Below, one piece after another: positions 8,881 through 16,922 of a stretch of DNA of 49,767 nucleotides. The notes below the pieces were generated by a model. The model did not search any database. It was not told where the DNA came from and was given only the letters and a program-made list of their open reading frames with translations. A program made the translations under genes and the position numbers. The stretch is taken from IMG/VR virus record IMGVR_UViG_3300024246_000008, positions 1 to 49,767 of that record; one strand, 5' to 3'. Positions within the stretch are counted from its first letter, which is position 1, and each line of letters opens with the position of its first letter. The stretch comes from a virus. Taxonomy: Duplodnaviria; Caudoviricetes.

Positions 8881-9463
8881 CATCGCTGCAGGTCAGAGCG
8901 TTGATCGTTGTGGCGTGAAGGTTGACCGCGTCGCCGCAGGCCAGATCAAGGTCACACGCGGCCGCGATGGCGACTGCCAGCGCCCAAGCCGGGTCGTACG
9001 TATTGCCGAAGCGGTTGATCGCATACAGCGCGCCGCGCGCCTCCGGAGCTCCGGATCCGATCGCGTAGCTGTCGTGGATGCGGGTCGCGCTCTGGCCGTC
9101 GAGCAGCCACAGTCGTGCTCCGCACGCGAGCAGCGCCTCGCCGTCCACCGTGCCGTTCTCGTCGAGCACAGGTGGCTTCGCCTCAACGGCCAGTTCTGCC
9201 AGCGCACATGCCACGGCGTAGGCCCACGCGTCGCAGTCCTCGTCGCTGCTCTGGTCGGGGATCGCTGCGACTGTGAGCGAGTGGCGCGCGATGCTCAGCA
9301 GGCTGAGCCTGCCTGCCACGGCGAGTAGGTACTCGCCGCCGTCTGCCGTGGTCTTGCGGATGATCTTCTCTGTGACGCCGATCCGCGTGGTGCGCTGGCT
9401 GATGCGCGAATCGGCTGCCATGAGCACGCGATCAGCGGTGGCGATCGCCACGATGACGGTCAC
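8849..9463 (-). CDS. Proteasome beta-subunit/HslV-like Ntn (Thr) peptidase
   Basis: After Met removal Thr1, Asp17 (AADSR), Lys32 (EKI), AVAG, YAIGSG, and a downstream Asp (DLD). Confidence 0.8.
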   Translation of the reverse strand: MTVIVAIATADRVLMAADSRISQRTTRIGVTEKIIRKTTADGGEYLLAVAGRLSLLSIARHSLTVAAIPDQSSDEDCDAWAYAVACALAELAVEAKPPVLDENGTVDGEALLACGARLWLLDGQSATRIHDSYAIGSGAPEARGALYAINRFGNTYDPAWALAVAIAAACDLDLACGDAVNLHATTINALTCSDGAGDPPTGQN

Positions 9464-9798
9464 TTGCCGCGCCGCATCGGCTTGCTCGCGGTGCGCTTGG
9501 CCGCGGTCGTCTTCTTGACAGCGGTCTTCTTGGTCGGCGCCTTGGCCGCGGGTAGTCCTGCGCCCGTGCCGGTCGGCTTGCCGGTGTTGCCGCCGCTGCC
9601 GTTGACCTTCATGGTCGGGTACTTCGCGGCGACGCGCTTCTGCACCGAGTGCTGCTCTGCAGGGGTGCCGTTGGCGGCCACGCGGCTAAGTGCCGAGGCG
9701 GCGCGCTTGCGCGTGTTGATCGGGTAGTCGGTCGTGCCCGGGACGCCGAATGACGACGGCTTCATCTGTGCGCGTTGGGCCTTGGTCGGGCCAGCCAT
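9460..9798 (-). CDS. Small basic protein, DUF6582-like N-terminus plus Lys/Ala-rich histone-like tail
   Basis: QRAQMKPSSFGVPGTTDYPINTRKRAASALSRV...KRVAAKYP; AAKAPTKKTAVKKTTAAKR. Confidence 0.55.
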   Translation of the reverse strand: MAGPTKAQRAQMKPSSFGVPGTTDYPINTRKRAASALSRVAANGTPAEQHSVQKRVAAKYPTMKVNGSGGNTGKPTGTGAGLPAAKAPTKKTAVKKTTAAKRTASKPMRRGK

Positions 9799-9810
9799 GA
9801 TCGTCTCCTG

Positions 9811-10143
9811 TCAGCCTTCGCGGGTGGTCGCGACGTGCAGTAGCGCCGAGTCCACGGTGAGCAGGACTTTGCTGCCGTACTGCGGGACGGGGAACTTGGC
9901 GTAGCGCTTGGTCGCGCCCGCGGTGAGCGTCTTGACCAGCGACGCGGCGGGCTGTCCGTCGACGAGCTGCGCCAGGTGGATCGTGAGGGTGTGTGTGCTC
10001 GAGTCGGTGTTGTTCACCTCGAGCCACGTGTGGCCGTCGTTCAGGAAGGTGTTGCCGTTGGTTGCGTCGGTGGCCGTCAGGCTCGGCGGCGTCGCGCCGG
10101 CGCGGGTGATGACGGTCGGGACGGGCAGCGCAGTGGCGGTCAT
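9811..10143 (-). CDS. Hypothetical beta-rich, probably virion-associated protein
   Basis: ATDATNGNTFLNDGHTWLEVNN...KFPVPQYG; RBS present; in late operon. Confidence 0.55.
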   Translation of the reverse strand: MTATALPVPTVITRAGATPPSLTATDATNGNTFLNDGHTWLEVNNTDSSTHTLTIHLAQLVDGQPAASLVKTLTAGATKRYAKFPVPQYGSKVLLTVDSALLHVATTREG

Positions 10144-10155
10144 CGTCTATGTCCT

Positions 10156-10458
10156 CTACTTCAGGCCGGGATGGCGTTCGGGGCGGCGCCGCTCGGGGAT
10201 CCGCGTGCGCGACGCGTTGCCCTGCGCTGAGCTGCGTTTCTTGTGGTGCCAGTCGCACAGGGAGCGCAGGTTCGCGTCGGTGTGGTCGTGCTTGTCGCCG
10301 ATGTGGTCGACGTCGGTCGCGGCCTGGACGCAGCGCACGCCGTCGTCGTGTTCGGTGCACTGGTGGCCGTCGCGTGCGAGGATCCGCGGCCGGATGACGC
10401 TCGCCCAGTCGGGCGGCAGCTCGTGCTTGCGGTTCGATCCCTGCCAGCGGCCGGGCAT
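10156..10458 (-). CDS. HNH endonuclease (packaging-associated, HK97 gp74-like)
   Basis: ILARDGHQC...CVQAATDVDHI...DHTDANLRSLCDWHHKKRS. Confidence 0.92.
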   Translation of the reverse strand: MPGRWQGSNRKHELPPDWASVIRPRILARDGHQCTEHDDGVRCVQAATDVDHIGDKHDHTDANLRSLCDWHHKKRSSAQGNASRTRIPERRRPERHPGLK

Positions 10459-10528
10459 GCTCGCCTCCTGATGTGTCGGTGGCGTGCGGTAGTGGCGCGT
10501 GGACTACTCGGGCCGGATGGGCGCAGAA

Positions 10529-13500
10529 CTAGTCCGCGATGCAGGACACGACGGTCGGCAGCGTGGTGCCGTTGATCTGGAGCCACTGGCCGGGGCCGAG
10601 GCGGATCGGTGTGTTGGCCGGGACGACGCCTCCGGCGGTGAAGTCGAAGACGGTGGTCATGGTCGGTGACGCCCCGCCGGCGAGCTTGCCGATCTGGACG
10701 GTGGTGATGCCTGTTCCGCCGGTCAGGTACAGGGTCACGGGGCGCCAGGTCGTGTTGACCACCGGCGTGTTGATGGCGAGTGTCGGGGAGCTGGTGAAGG
10801 TCAGCGGCCCGGGGTAGATCTGCTCTTTGATGATCCGCAGGCCGGTGCCGCCGGTCGCGCCGGTGCCTGTGCCGACCGAGATGGCCACGGTGCTCGGGGA
10901 GCCGGCCAGCCGGATCTCCCCTGCCGCAGCCGACAGCCCCGTTCCGTTGTTCGGGTTGTCGCGGAACTGGATGGTGCCCTCGGTGTCCAGGACGCCGTGG
11001 AGGATCGGGCCGATACCGCTGGCCCCGGCGCCGAAGACGTTGACGTGGTACGAACACGCTTCGACGCAGAGCTGGTTGAAGGCGATGGCGTGCAGCGCGC
11101 CTGCGCCGGATCCGCCGTCGCCGTAGGTGCCGGCCGGGCAGAACCCTGACCAGCAGTACAGGATGGTGACGTCGTCGATCACGGTGTGCTCGGTGATCAA
11201 CGGCCCGTAGGTGTAGCCCCCGTTCCACACGCAGTTCTCGACGCGGTTGGAGGCGTTGTTGCCCGCTCCCGGTAGCAGCCCGCCGATGGAGATCCCGCCT
11301 GACAGGGTGCTGACGGTCAGGAAGTCGGTGTTGCCGTTGGCGCCCCCGGAGCCGGTGTAGTACTGGATGACGCCGTTGGTGCCGAAGGAGCAGTTGGTCA
11401 GGTGTGCTCCGGCGCAGCCGTGGAAGTTGAACGGGCTGTAGGTCCAGCCGGACGCGCTGTGCGTCGTCATGATCGACATGTCGCGCAGTTCGACCAGGAC
11501 GTTGTTGTAGACCGGGTTGGTGCCGGTGACGCCATAGCCGTTCTTGCCGGTCGGGCCGCCGAGCACCGAAGGGTTCCCGGCGTTGGAGACGGCGTTGGCT
11601 CCGGTGGTGGACTGATGGGCGGCGGTGTCGAACGCTCCGGCGGAGAACCAGGTCGAGGGGTTGAACCCGGGATAGTCCTGGTTCCAGTGCCGGGTCGAGC
11701 CGGAGTTCGCGGCTCCCCTGAAGGTGATCGTCACCTTCGGGTTGCGGTCGCTGTTGAGCGGGATCGTCAGCTGGCTGTTGTAGATCGCGTTGACGCTGTC
11801 GGTCAGCTTCAGCGCGCCGGAGACCATCCAGCCCAGCCCTGTCGCGGGCGGCGTGTAGACCTCGCCGACGCGGCCGTGTGCCTGTGCGTAGGCGAACGCG
11901 TCGGCGATCGCAGACTGGATGAACGAGGTGTTGTCGGTTCCCCAGAGCACCTGAAGGCCTGTGCCGCTCGATACGGTCGCGGCGGCTGTCAGGGTGACCT
12001 GTGTGGCGCTCTGGTAGCTCGCGATCGTGGTGACCAGGGTGGTCTGTCCGCTGGTGAGCGCGCCCTTGACGGTGATCGCCTTGCCGACGTCGCCGGCAAC
12101 GAACTTACCGCTGGCCGAGGTCAGTACCGCGCTGGCGTTCATCGCGCCGTCGTTCACGCACTGGATGTCGCCGACTGCGCCGTACTTGGTGATCGGGAAC
12201 TGGTGCGGGGGCGAGGGGTGCGAGTGGCCGGCGTCGATGACCTTGCCGGTGCCCCCGAGGGCGGCGACGCCGTTTGGCTGCAGATCGGCCACGGTGGCGT
12301 CGAAGTTCGCCGTCGCGCTGTTGCCCAGGCCCAGGTTCGTGCGTGCCGTGCCGGCGTTGGCGAGGTCTGAGAGGTTCGCGGATTTCTGTGCCGAGCCGGT
12401 GATCCTGGAGTCGTCGCCGGCCGCGACGGTACCTGCCGTGGTGCCTACGTTCAGGGTGGCGGCGCCGCCCAGGCCGAGGTTCGTGCGGGCGGTCGCGGGC
12501 GTCGCGACGTCGGAGAGGTTGTTGGCGCCCTGTAGTGCCCCGGTGATCCGGGAGTCGTTGCCCGCGGCGACCGTGCCGGCACCTGTGCCGACGTTGAGGA
12601 CTGCCGCGCCACCGAGCCCCAGGTTCGTGCGCGCCGTGCCGGCGTTGGCCAGGTCCGAGAGGTTCGCGGACTTCTGCGCCGCACCCGTGATCCGGGAGTC
12701 GTCGCCGGCCGCGACGGTACCTGCTGTGGTGCCTACGTTCAGGGTGGCGGCGCCGCCGAGGCCGAGGTTGCCGCGGGCTGTCGCCGGAGTGGGCAGCTCG
12801 GAGAGGTTGTTGGCTGCGGCGAGCAGGTTCGCCGCCTGGCCGGCGGTGAGGTGGCCGCTACCGTCGAGGGTCGCCACTCCGCCGGGTGCGCCGGCGGCGG
12901 CCGCTGGGATGGCTCCGGTGATGCGGGAGTCGTCGCCTGCTGCGACTGTGCCGGTGGTGGTGCCGACGTTGGCGGTGGCCGAGCTACCGAGGCCCAGGTT
13001 CGTGCGGGCGGTTGCTGTGCTGGCCAGGTCTGAGAGGTTCGCGGATTTCTGGGCCGCGCCGGTGATGCGTGAGTCGTTGCCTGCGGCGACGGTGCCCGCG
13101 CCGGTGCCGATGGCGGCTGTCGCCGCGCCGCCCAGGCCCAGGTTCGTGCGTGCGGTCGCCGGGGTGGGCAGGTCGGAGAGGTTGTTGGCCGCGGTGAGTA
13201 GGTTCGCGGCCTGGCTGGCAGTTAGGTGACTGCTGCCGTCGAGCGTCGCCACTCCGCTAGCTGCTCCGGCGGCGGCGGTCGCGATGGCGCCGACGTTGGC
13301 GGCGTTGAGGACGACGGCGCCGGTCTGGGTGTTGACGGAGCTGACCGCGCCGCCGCCTCCGCCGCCGGTGGCGTTGATGGTGACGTCGACGCGGTTCTGG
13401 CCCGGGTTGTCGGCCGCGGTGATCGTGGTGTTCGTGCCGGCGATGAGGTTGATCTCGGGGCGTACGCCGGCGACGGTGCCGTTGGCGGCGGCCTGCAGGC

Positions 13501-13840
13501 CAGTCATGCCTGGCGCCGAAGGCGTGGGCGGGGACGCGGCGAGGACTTCGCTCAGGTTGTACGGGCCGCCGGTGGCCGGGACGACGAACGTGCTGACGGC
13601 GGAGCTTTCAATGACGCGGTAGTACGTGTTCGCCGGGGTGATCGAGGCGTTGGGTACGAGATCCGCTGACCAGAACCCGCTCTCGTCGGCCCTGATGTCC
13701 AGGATCCCGACGATGTCTCCGCCTGGGGTGTAGCCCGGGGACGCGGCGGAGCGCGTAACCAGGTTGATCCGCACGCGCGCGTTGGCGAGGGCGCCGCCGC
13801 CGGGGGCGGTGGCCGTGTTACGCACGACCGTCATCGGCAT
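10529..13840 (-). CDS. Fibre/tailspike-like protein: N-terminal anchor, ~48-aa repeats, C-terminal beta-helix (pectin-lyase-like) domain
   Basis: Repeats NLSDL..ARTNLGLG..AT..VGT..GTVAAGDDSRITG; ITKYGAVGD...TDNTSFIQSAI, typical start of beta-helix depolymerases. Confidence 0.75.
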   Translation of the reverse strand: MPMTVVRNTATAPGGGALANARVRINLVTRSAASPGYTPGGDIVGILDIRADESGFWSADLVPNASITPANTYYRVIESSAVSTFVVPATGGPYNLSEVLAASPPTPSAPGMTGLQAAANGTVAGVRPEINLIAGTNTTITAADNPGQNRVDVTINATGGGGGGAVSSVNTQTGAVVLNAANVGAIATAAAGAASGVATLDGSSHLTASQAANLLTAANNLSDLPTPATARTNLGLGGAATAAIGTGAGTVAAGNDSRITGAAQKSANLSDLASTATARTNLGLGSSATANVGTTTGTVAAGDDSRITGAIPAAAAGAPGGVATLDGSGHLTAGQAANLLAAANNLSELPTPATARGNLGLGGAATLNVGTTAGTVAAGDDSRITGAAQKSANLSDLANAGTARTNLGLGGAAVLNVGTGAGTVAAGNDSRITGALQGANNLSDVATPATARTNLGLGGAATLNVGTTAGTVAAGDDSRITGSAQKSANLSDLANAGTARTNLGLGNSATANFDATVADLQPNGVAALGGTGKVIDAGHSHPSPPHQFPITKYGAVGDIQCVNDGAMNASAVLTSASGKFVAGDVGKAITVKGALTSGQTTLVTTIASYQSATQVTLTAAATVSSGTGLQVLWGTDNTSFIQSAIADAFAYAQAHGRVGEVYTPPATGLGWMVSGALKLTDSVNAIYNSQLTIPLNSDRNPKVTITFRGAANSGSTRHWNQDYPGFNPSTWFSAGAFDTAAHQSTTGANAVSNAGNPSVLGGPTGKNGYGVTGTNPVYNNVLVELRDMSIMTTHSASGWTYSPFNFHGCAGAHLTNCSFGTNGVIQYYTGSGGANGNTDFLTVSTLSGGISIGGLLPGAGNNASNRVENCVWNGGYTYGPLITEHTVIDDVTILYCWSGFCPAGTYGDGGSGAGALHAIAFNQLCVEACSYHVNVFGAGASGIGPILHGVLDTEGTIQFRDNPNNGTGLSAAAGEIRLAGSPSTVAISVGTGTGATGGTGLRIIKEQIYPGPLTFTSSPTLAINTPVVNTTWRPVTLYLTGGTGITTVQIGKLAGGASPTMTTVFDFTAGGVVPANTPIRLGPGQWLQINGTTLPTVVSCIAD
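12320..13200 (-). repeat. Five full and one partial ~144-bp coding repeats in the fibre gene
   Basis: Recurring GTVAAG(D/N)DSRITG and ART(G)NLGLG units; DNA-level identity e.g. gagtcgtcgccggccgcgacggtacctgc at ~12408 and ~12696. Confidence 0.85.
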
Positions 13841-13862
13841 CTCCTCTGAGTGCGGGGAAGGG

Positions 13863-13899
13863 CGGCCGCCCCCGGGCCGGCAGGGTCAAGGGGCGGCCG
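13863..13899 (-). terminator. GC hairpin CGGCCGCCCC...GGGGCGGCCG upstream of the fibre gene
   Basis: 10-bp inverted repeat in an intergenic gap; no strong U-tract. Confidence 0.4.
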
Positions 13900-13992
13900 A
13901 TCTGGTGGACTGGCGCGTGAGCGTGCGGCCGGGGCCACCCGGTTCTGCCGGTGGTCGGGATACCTGCGCCGCGCCAGCCCGGTCTGCGGGTG

Positions 13993-14199
13993 CTACTCGT
14001 TGCGCGCGATTGCTGCGTTGGCCCACATCACGGCCTCTTCGAGGCTTGTGACGGCCAGTGACTTCTCGCGCGAGTCCGGGCAGCTCTCGTCGATGAACTC
14101 GGCCAGGTCGTGCGCGCGCTCGCGGATCGCTACGTACCGGTCGGCCTGGTCGCCCTTCGGCGGGTGGTACGTGAACCGGTTAGCGAGGTCGGCGATCAT
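13993..14199 (-). CDS. Acb2/Tad1-hairpin-family small protein (candidate signalling-nucleotide sponge)
   Basis: NRFTYHPP...YVAIRERAHDLAEFIDESCPDSREKSLAVTSLEEAVMWANAAIARN matches the family pattern as recalled. Confidence 0.7.
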   Translation of the reverse strand: MIADLANRFTYHPPKGDQADRYVAIRERAHDLAEFIDESCPDSREKSLAVTSLEEAVMWANAAIARNE

Positions 14200-14534
14200 C
14201 AGGCGCCGGCCTGGTCGTCGAGCTGGTAGTGGCCTGGGCCGTCGCCGAGCTGCCGCGAGGTGGCCCAGTAGGTGTCGTTGCCGTCGAGCAGGACCTGAAG
14301 GTTCGCGGTGGTCACGGTCTCGTCGAAGACGCGGACGATCGTGGCCGGGTACTGGTCGCCCTCGGCGGCGGAGTTGCCGAAGTGGCCCTGGTGGCCGTTG
14401 CGGCCGCCTTCGCCCTGGACGTCGTTGTTGGCGTTGCGCCAGAAGACGGCGTAGTCCGTACGGCGCCGGTTGATGTCAGCTGCGTCGCTGGCGCCGAGCG
14501 TGTAGAGGACGCGCTGTCCGACCTTGGCGCTCAC
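14199..14534 (-). CDS. Conserved phage hypothetical protein (beta-rich)
   Basis: KVGQRVLYTL...INRRR...GN...GDQYPATIVRVF...NLQVLLDGNDTYWATS; overlapping start/stops with neighbours. Confidence 0.65.
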   Translation of the reverse strand: MSAKVGQRVLYTLGASDAADINRRRTDYAVFWRNANNDVQGEGGRNGHQGHFGNSAAEGDQYPATIVRVFDETVTTANLQVLLDGNDTYWATSRQLGDGPGHYQLDDQAGA

Positions 14535-14800
14535 GAGACGGTGAGCGCGATCGCGGCCGGGGTGGCGTCGACCACGTCGAACGACACGGAGGCGGTCACG
14601 CTGATCGCGTCGTTCACGCTGACCGTGACGGTGCCGATCGCGGCGTTGTCGAGGGTGGCCGAGAGGGTGTCCGGCGCGACGGTGAGCGTGCCGGAGTTCG
14701 CGGACCAGGACAGGGTGTCCGGTACCGCCACGCCTTCAGCGTTGGTGACGGCGGCGGTGATCGTGCGCGGCTGGCCGGCGGGGAACTGCTGGTCGCTCAT
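14531..14800 (-). CDS. Small Ig-like beta-sandwich protein
   Basis: ATG 14800 after GGAAGG; TITAAVTNAEG...LSWSANSGTLTV...GTVTVSV. Confidence 0.55.
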   Translation of the reverse strand: MSDQQFPAGQPRTITAAVTNAEGVAVPDTLSWSANSGTLTVAPDTLSATLDNAAIGTVTVSVNDAISVTASVSFDVVDATPAAIALTVS

Positions 14801-15019
14801 GGTGAGCCTTCCGTGTTCGTGCACTGATAGTGGGGGCGTGCTGGCGGTGCTACTGGACTGTCAGGGTGATGCGGGCGGGCCGGGTATCGGGGCCGTGGTG
14901 GTGGCAGCGCCTCAGGGCCTCGATCAGGTCGCGCTCGAACTCGGCCAGGGCGTGCTCGATCTCGGTGAGGTCGTGGTGAGCACGGTGGGCGAGCAGGTCG
15001 CGCAGGCCGGCGAAGTGCC

Positions 15020-15382
15020 TTAGGACTGGGTGGGCGCTTCCGGCGCCGGCGTAGGGTCCGCGGCCGCGCCGAGCGCCGGGATGCCCAGGATGGTGCGCAT
15101 GTGGTTGACGACGTTCGCCAGGTGGGTCTGCGCCGTGCGGATCGCAGCGGCGGCGTCGGTCTCGGCGAGCGTGAGCAGCTGCGGCAGCGCGTCGTCGAGC
15201 TTCGCGAACTCGGCGCTGGCGAAATCGTGGACGCCGGTCAGCACGTTCTCGGCGTCGGCCTCCGCGTGCTCGCGCAGCGCCGCGAGCGCGGCCGCGACCT
15301 TCTGCTGCGCGGGGGCGGGGATCGCCGCGGGCAGGGCGTTCTGGACGTCGTCGACCAGGTCGTGCAGGAGCTGGGAAGCCAT
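15020..15382 (-). CDS. Hypothetical Ala-rich helical protein, first gene of the putative late transcript
   Basis: ATG 15382 after GGAG; high-GC3 codon pattern. Confidence 0.6.
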   Translation of the reverse strand: MASQLLHDLVDDVQNALPAAIPAPAQQKVAAALAALREHAEADAENVLTGVHDFASAEFAKLDDALPQLLTLAETDAAAAIRTAQTHLANVVNHMRTILGIPALGAAADPTPAPEAPTQS

Positions 15383-15440
15383 GCGGATCTCCGGAGATGA
15401 AGGGGGCGAGGCGAGGTACGGGGCGCGGTGTGGCCCGGGA

Positions 15441-15476
15441 AACACGAAAGCCCCGCAGCGTGATCGCTGGGGGCCT
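15441..15476 (-). terminator. Intrinsic terminator just downstream of the putative late promoter
   Basis: Minus strand GGCCCCCAGCG-ATCA-CGCTGCGGGGC followed by TTTCGTGTTT. Confidence 0.65.
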
Positions 15477-15500
15477 GCGGACATACCTCTGTCACTGCGG

Positions 15501-15540
15501 ATGATGGTTCACTGATCGCGGTCTAGTCAAGCGGCTTGAC
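15501..15540 (-). promoter_or_regulatory. Putative late promoter (TTGACT-N18-CATCAT) with palindrome GTCAAG-CCG-CTTGAC over the -35
   Basis: Read directly on the minus strand 15540-15501. Confidence 0.55.
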
Positions 15541-15817
15541 TTTCCGGTCGGCTCGCGGGTCTGTGACGTGCGGTTTCGAGCTCAGGAAGCAACGCTAGGG
15601 ACTCGGCGATCAGCCGTGCGTCGCGTCGGCCGTCCATGGTCGCCGTGGAGCGCTCGACGTCGAGCACCTCGGCCTCGACGAACCGGCGGCCGTCCGGCGT
15701 CTGGACCGGGCGCAGTTTCCCGCGCTTCACCCAGGTGCGCAGCGTCTCGACGGGCACGTGCGCCACGTCCGCAGCCTCGCGGTCGGTCAGCAGGTTGTTC
15801 GCCGGACCGATGGTCAC
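15527..15817 (-). CDS. MerR/HTH_17-type DNA-binding protein
   Basis: GTG 15817; LLTDREAADVAHVPVETLRTWVKRGKLRP...RRFVEAEVL. Confidence 0.75.
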   Translation of the reverse strand: MTIGPANNLLTDREAADVAHVPVETLRTWVKRGKLRPVQTPDGRRFVEAEVLDVERSTATMDGRRDARLIAESLALLPELETARHRPASRPESQAA

Positions 15818-16278
15818 GGCTCGATTCTCCACTCTGCCTTGAAACCCGGGGCGCCTGCGTACGGCGCAGCAAGCTCGCGCACGGTAGGGCATGGCCACGG
15901 CTCCATCACGGCGACGCCGTTGGAATAGGCGTCGCCACTCGCGCAGACTCTGCAGCGCGGGCCGAATGTGTAGTCGTCGTACGGCACGTGCCTGGCGAGG
16001 ACGCGCCTCATAGCGTTGATATGCTCGAACACGCGCGGTGGATCCCATGCGGCGATGTGCTCGGCGTCCGCGTGGCTGACGAGGCAGTCGGCGATTCCCT
16101 GCGGTGACTGCAGCTCTCCCATGACGATATCGACTCGCCAGCGCGGATAACCGCCCGGTGCGAGCGCGGGGATTTCTGGCGCAGACCACGATCCACCCGT
16201 GGCGGGGCGCGCGATGCCTGCGAGGAAATCGAGTGCGGTCGTGATGAACGCCGTGATGTCCGGGTCTTCAGTGGTCAT
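15814..16278 (-). CDS. DUF6221-like protein
   Basis: ATG 16278; DAEHIAAWDPPRV...RRVLARH...WPCPTVRELAAPYAGAPGFKAEWR. Confidence 0.75.
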   Translation of the reverse strand: MTTEDPDITAFITTALDFLAGIARPATGGSWSAPEIPALAPGGYPRWRVDIVMGELQSPQGIADCLVSHADAEHIAAWDPPRVFEHINAMRRVLARHVPYDDYTFGPRCRVCASGDAYSNGVAVMEPWPCPTVRELAAPYAGAPGFKAEWRIEP

Positions 16279-16922
16279 GCGCTGATTGTCTCCTTCGCGA
16301 AGTGTTCGAGCCGCAGCCGCGCCCAGTCGTTCACGGCGCGGCGCACGCGCGGGAAAGAGAGCAGCCTGCCGCAGTCGTCGCTGCGGCAGGTGATCCAGTC
16401 GTCGCCTTGGTACCAGGTCAGCGACAGCCGCCAGCAGCGCGGGCAGCGGGTGGGCAGGTCTCGGCGTACGCGGTCCCACGGTGCGGAGCGTTGGGCGTCG
16501 CGGCGCAGGTCGTGCAGGTCCCGCGCGAGGGTCTCGACTGCGCGGTTGCGCACGATCCAGTGCAGCTGGCGGCGCAGCCACCAGGTGCAGCCCGCGACGG
16601 TCGGCGTCGGCGGTCCGCCCCGGCCGGCCCGGATCTCCATCGCGGCGCGCACCCAGAACAGCAGCGTGTCGGCGATCCGTGCGCGGGCGTCGACCAGGCC
16701 GAGCGGCATCGGCGCCGCGGCCTCAACCTCGTTACTGCGGATCGTCGAGGTGCGCCAGGACGGCGGCAGGGCGAGCATGCACTCGCCCAGCCACGCGTAC
16801 GCCCCGGCGCACACCGTCAGATCGTCGCGCAGTCCCCCGTAGCAGGCGGTGCAGATCAGCCGGTCGGCCCACACGGGCCGCTCCGCGCAGATCACGCACT
16901 GCCCTTGGTGCTGGTCGGTCAC
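16275..16922 (-). CDS. Zn-binding protein, candidate late-gene regulator
   Basis: CxxC...CxxC N-terminus, PMPL...WVR...WLRRQLHWI, C-terminal RCPRC...CRSDDCG; last large early gene before the late promoter. Confidence 0.55.
   Translation of the reverse strand: MTDQHQGQCVICAERPVWADRLICTACYGGLRDDLTVCAGAYAWLGECMLALPPSWRTSTIRSNEVEAAAPMPLGLVDARARIADTLLFWVRAAMEIRAGRGGPPTPTVAGCTWWLRRQLHWIVRNRAVETLARDLHDLRRDAQRSAPWDRVRRDLPTRCPRCWRLSLTWYQGDDWITCRSDDCGRLLSFPRVRRAVNDWARLRLEHFAKETISA

Noticed and set aside
10156-10458. Mobile homing endonuclease or intron
   Set aside because: Short gp74-type HNH near terminase with no interrupted host gene
12320-13200. CRISPR array or DGR template/variable repeats
   Set aside because: Repeats are in-frame coding units without unique spacers; no cas or reverse transcriptase gene seen
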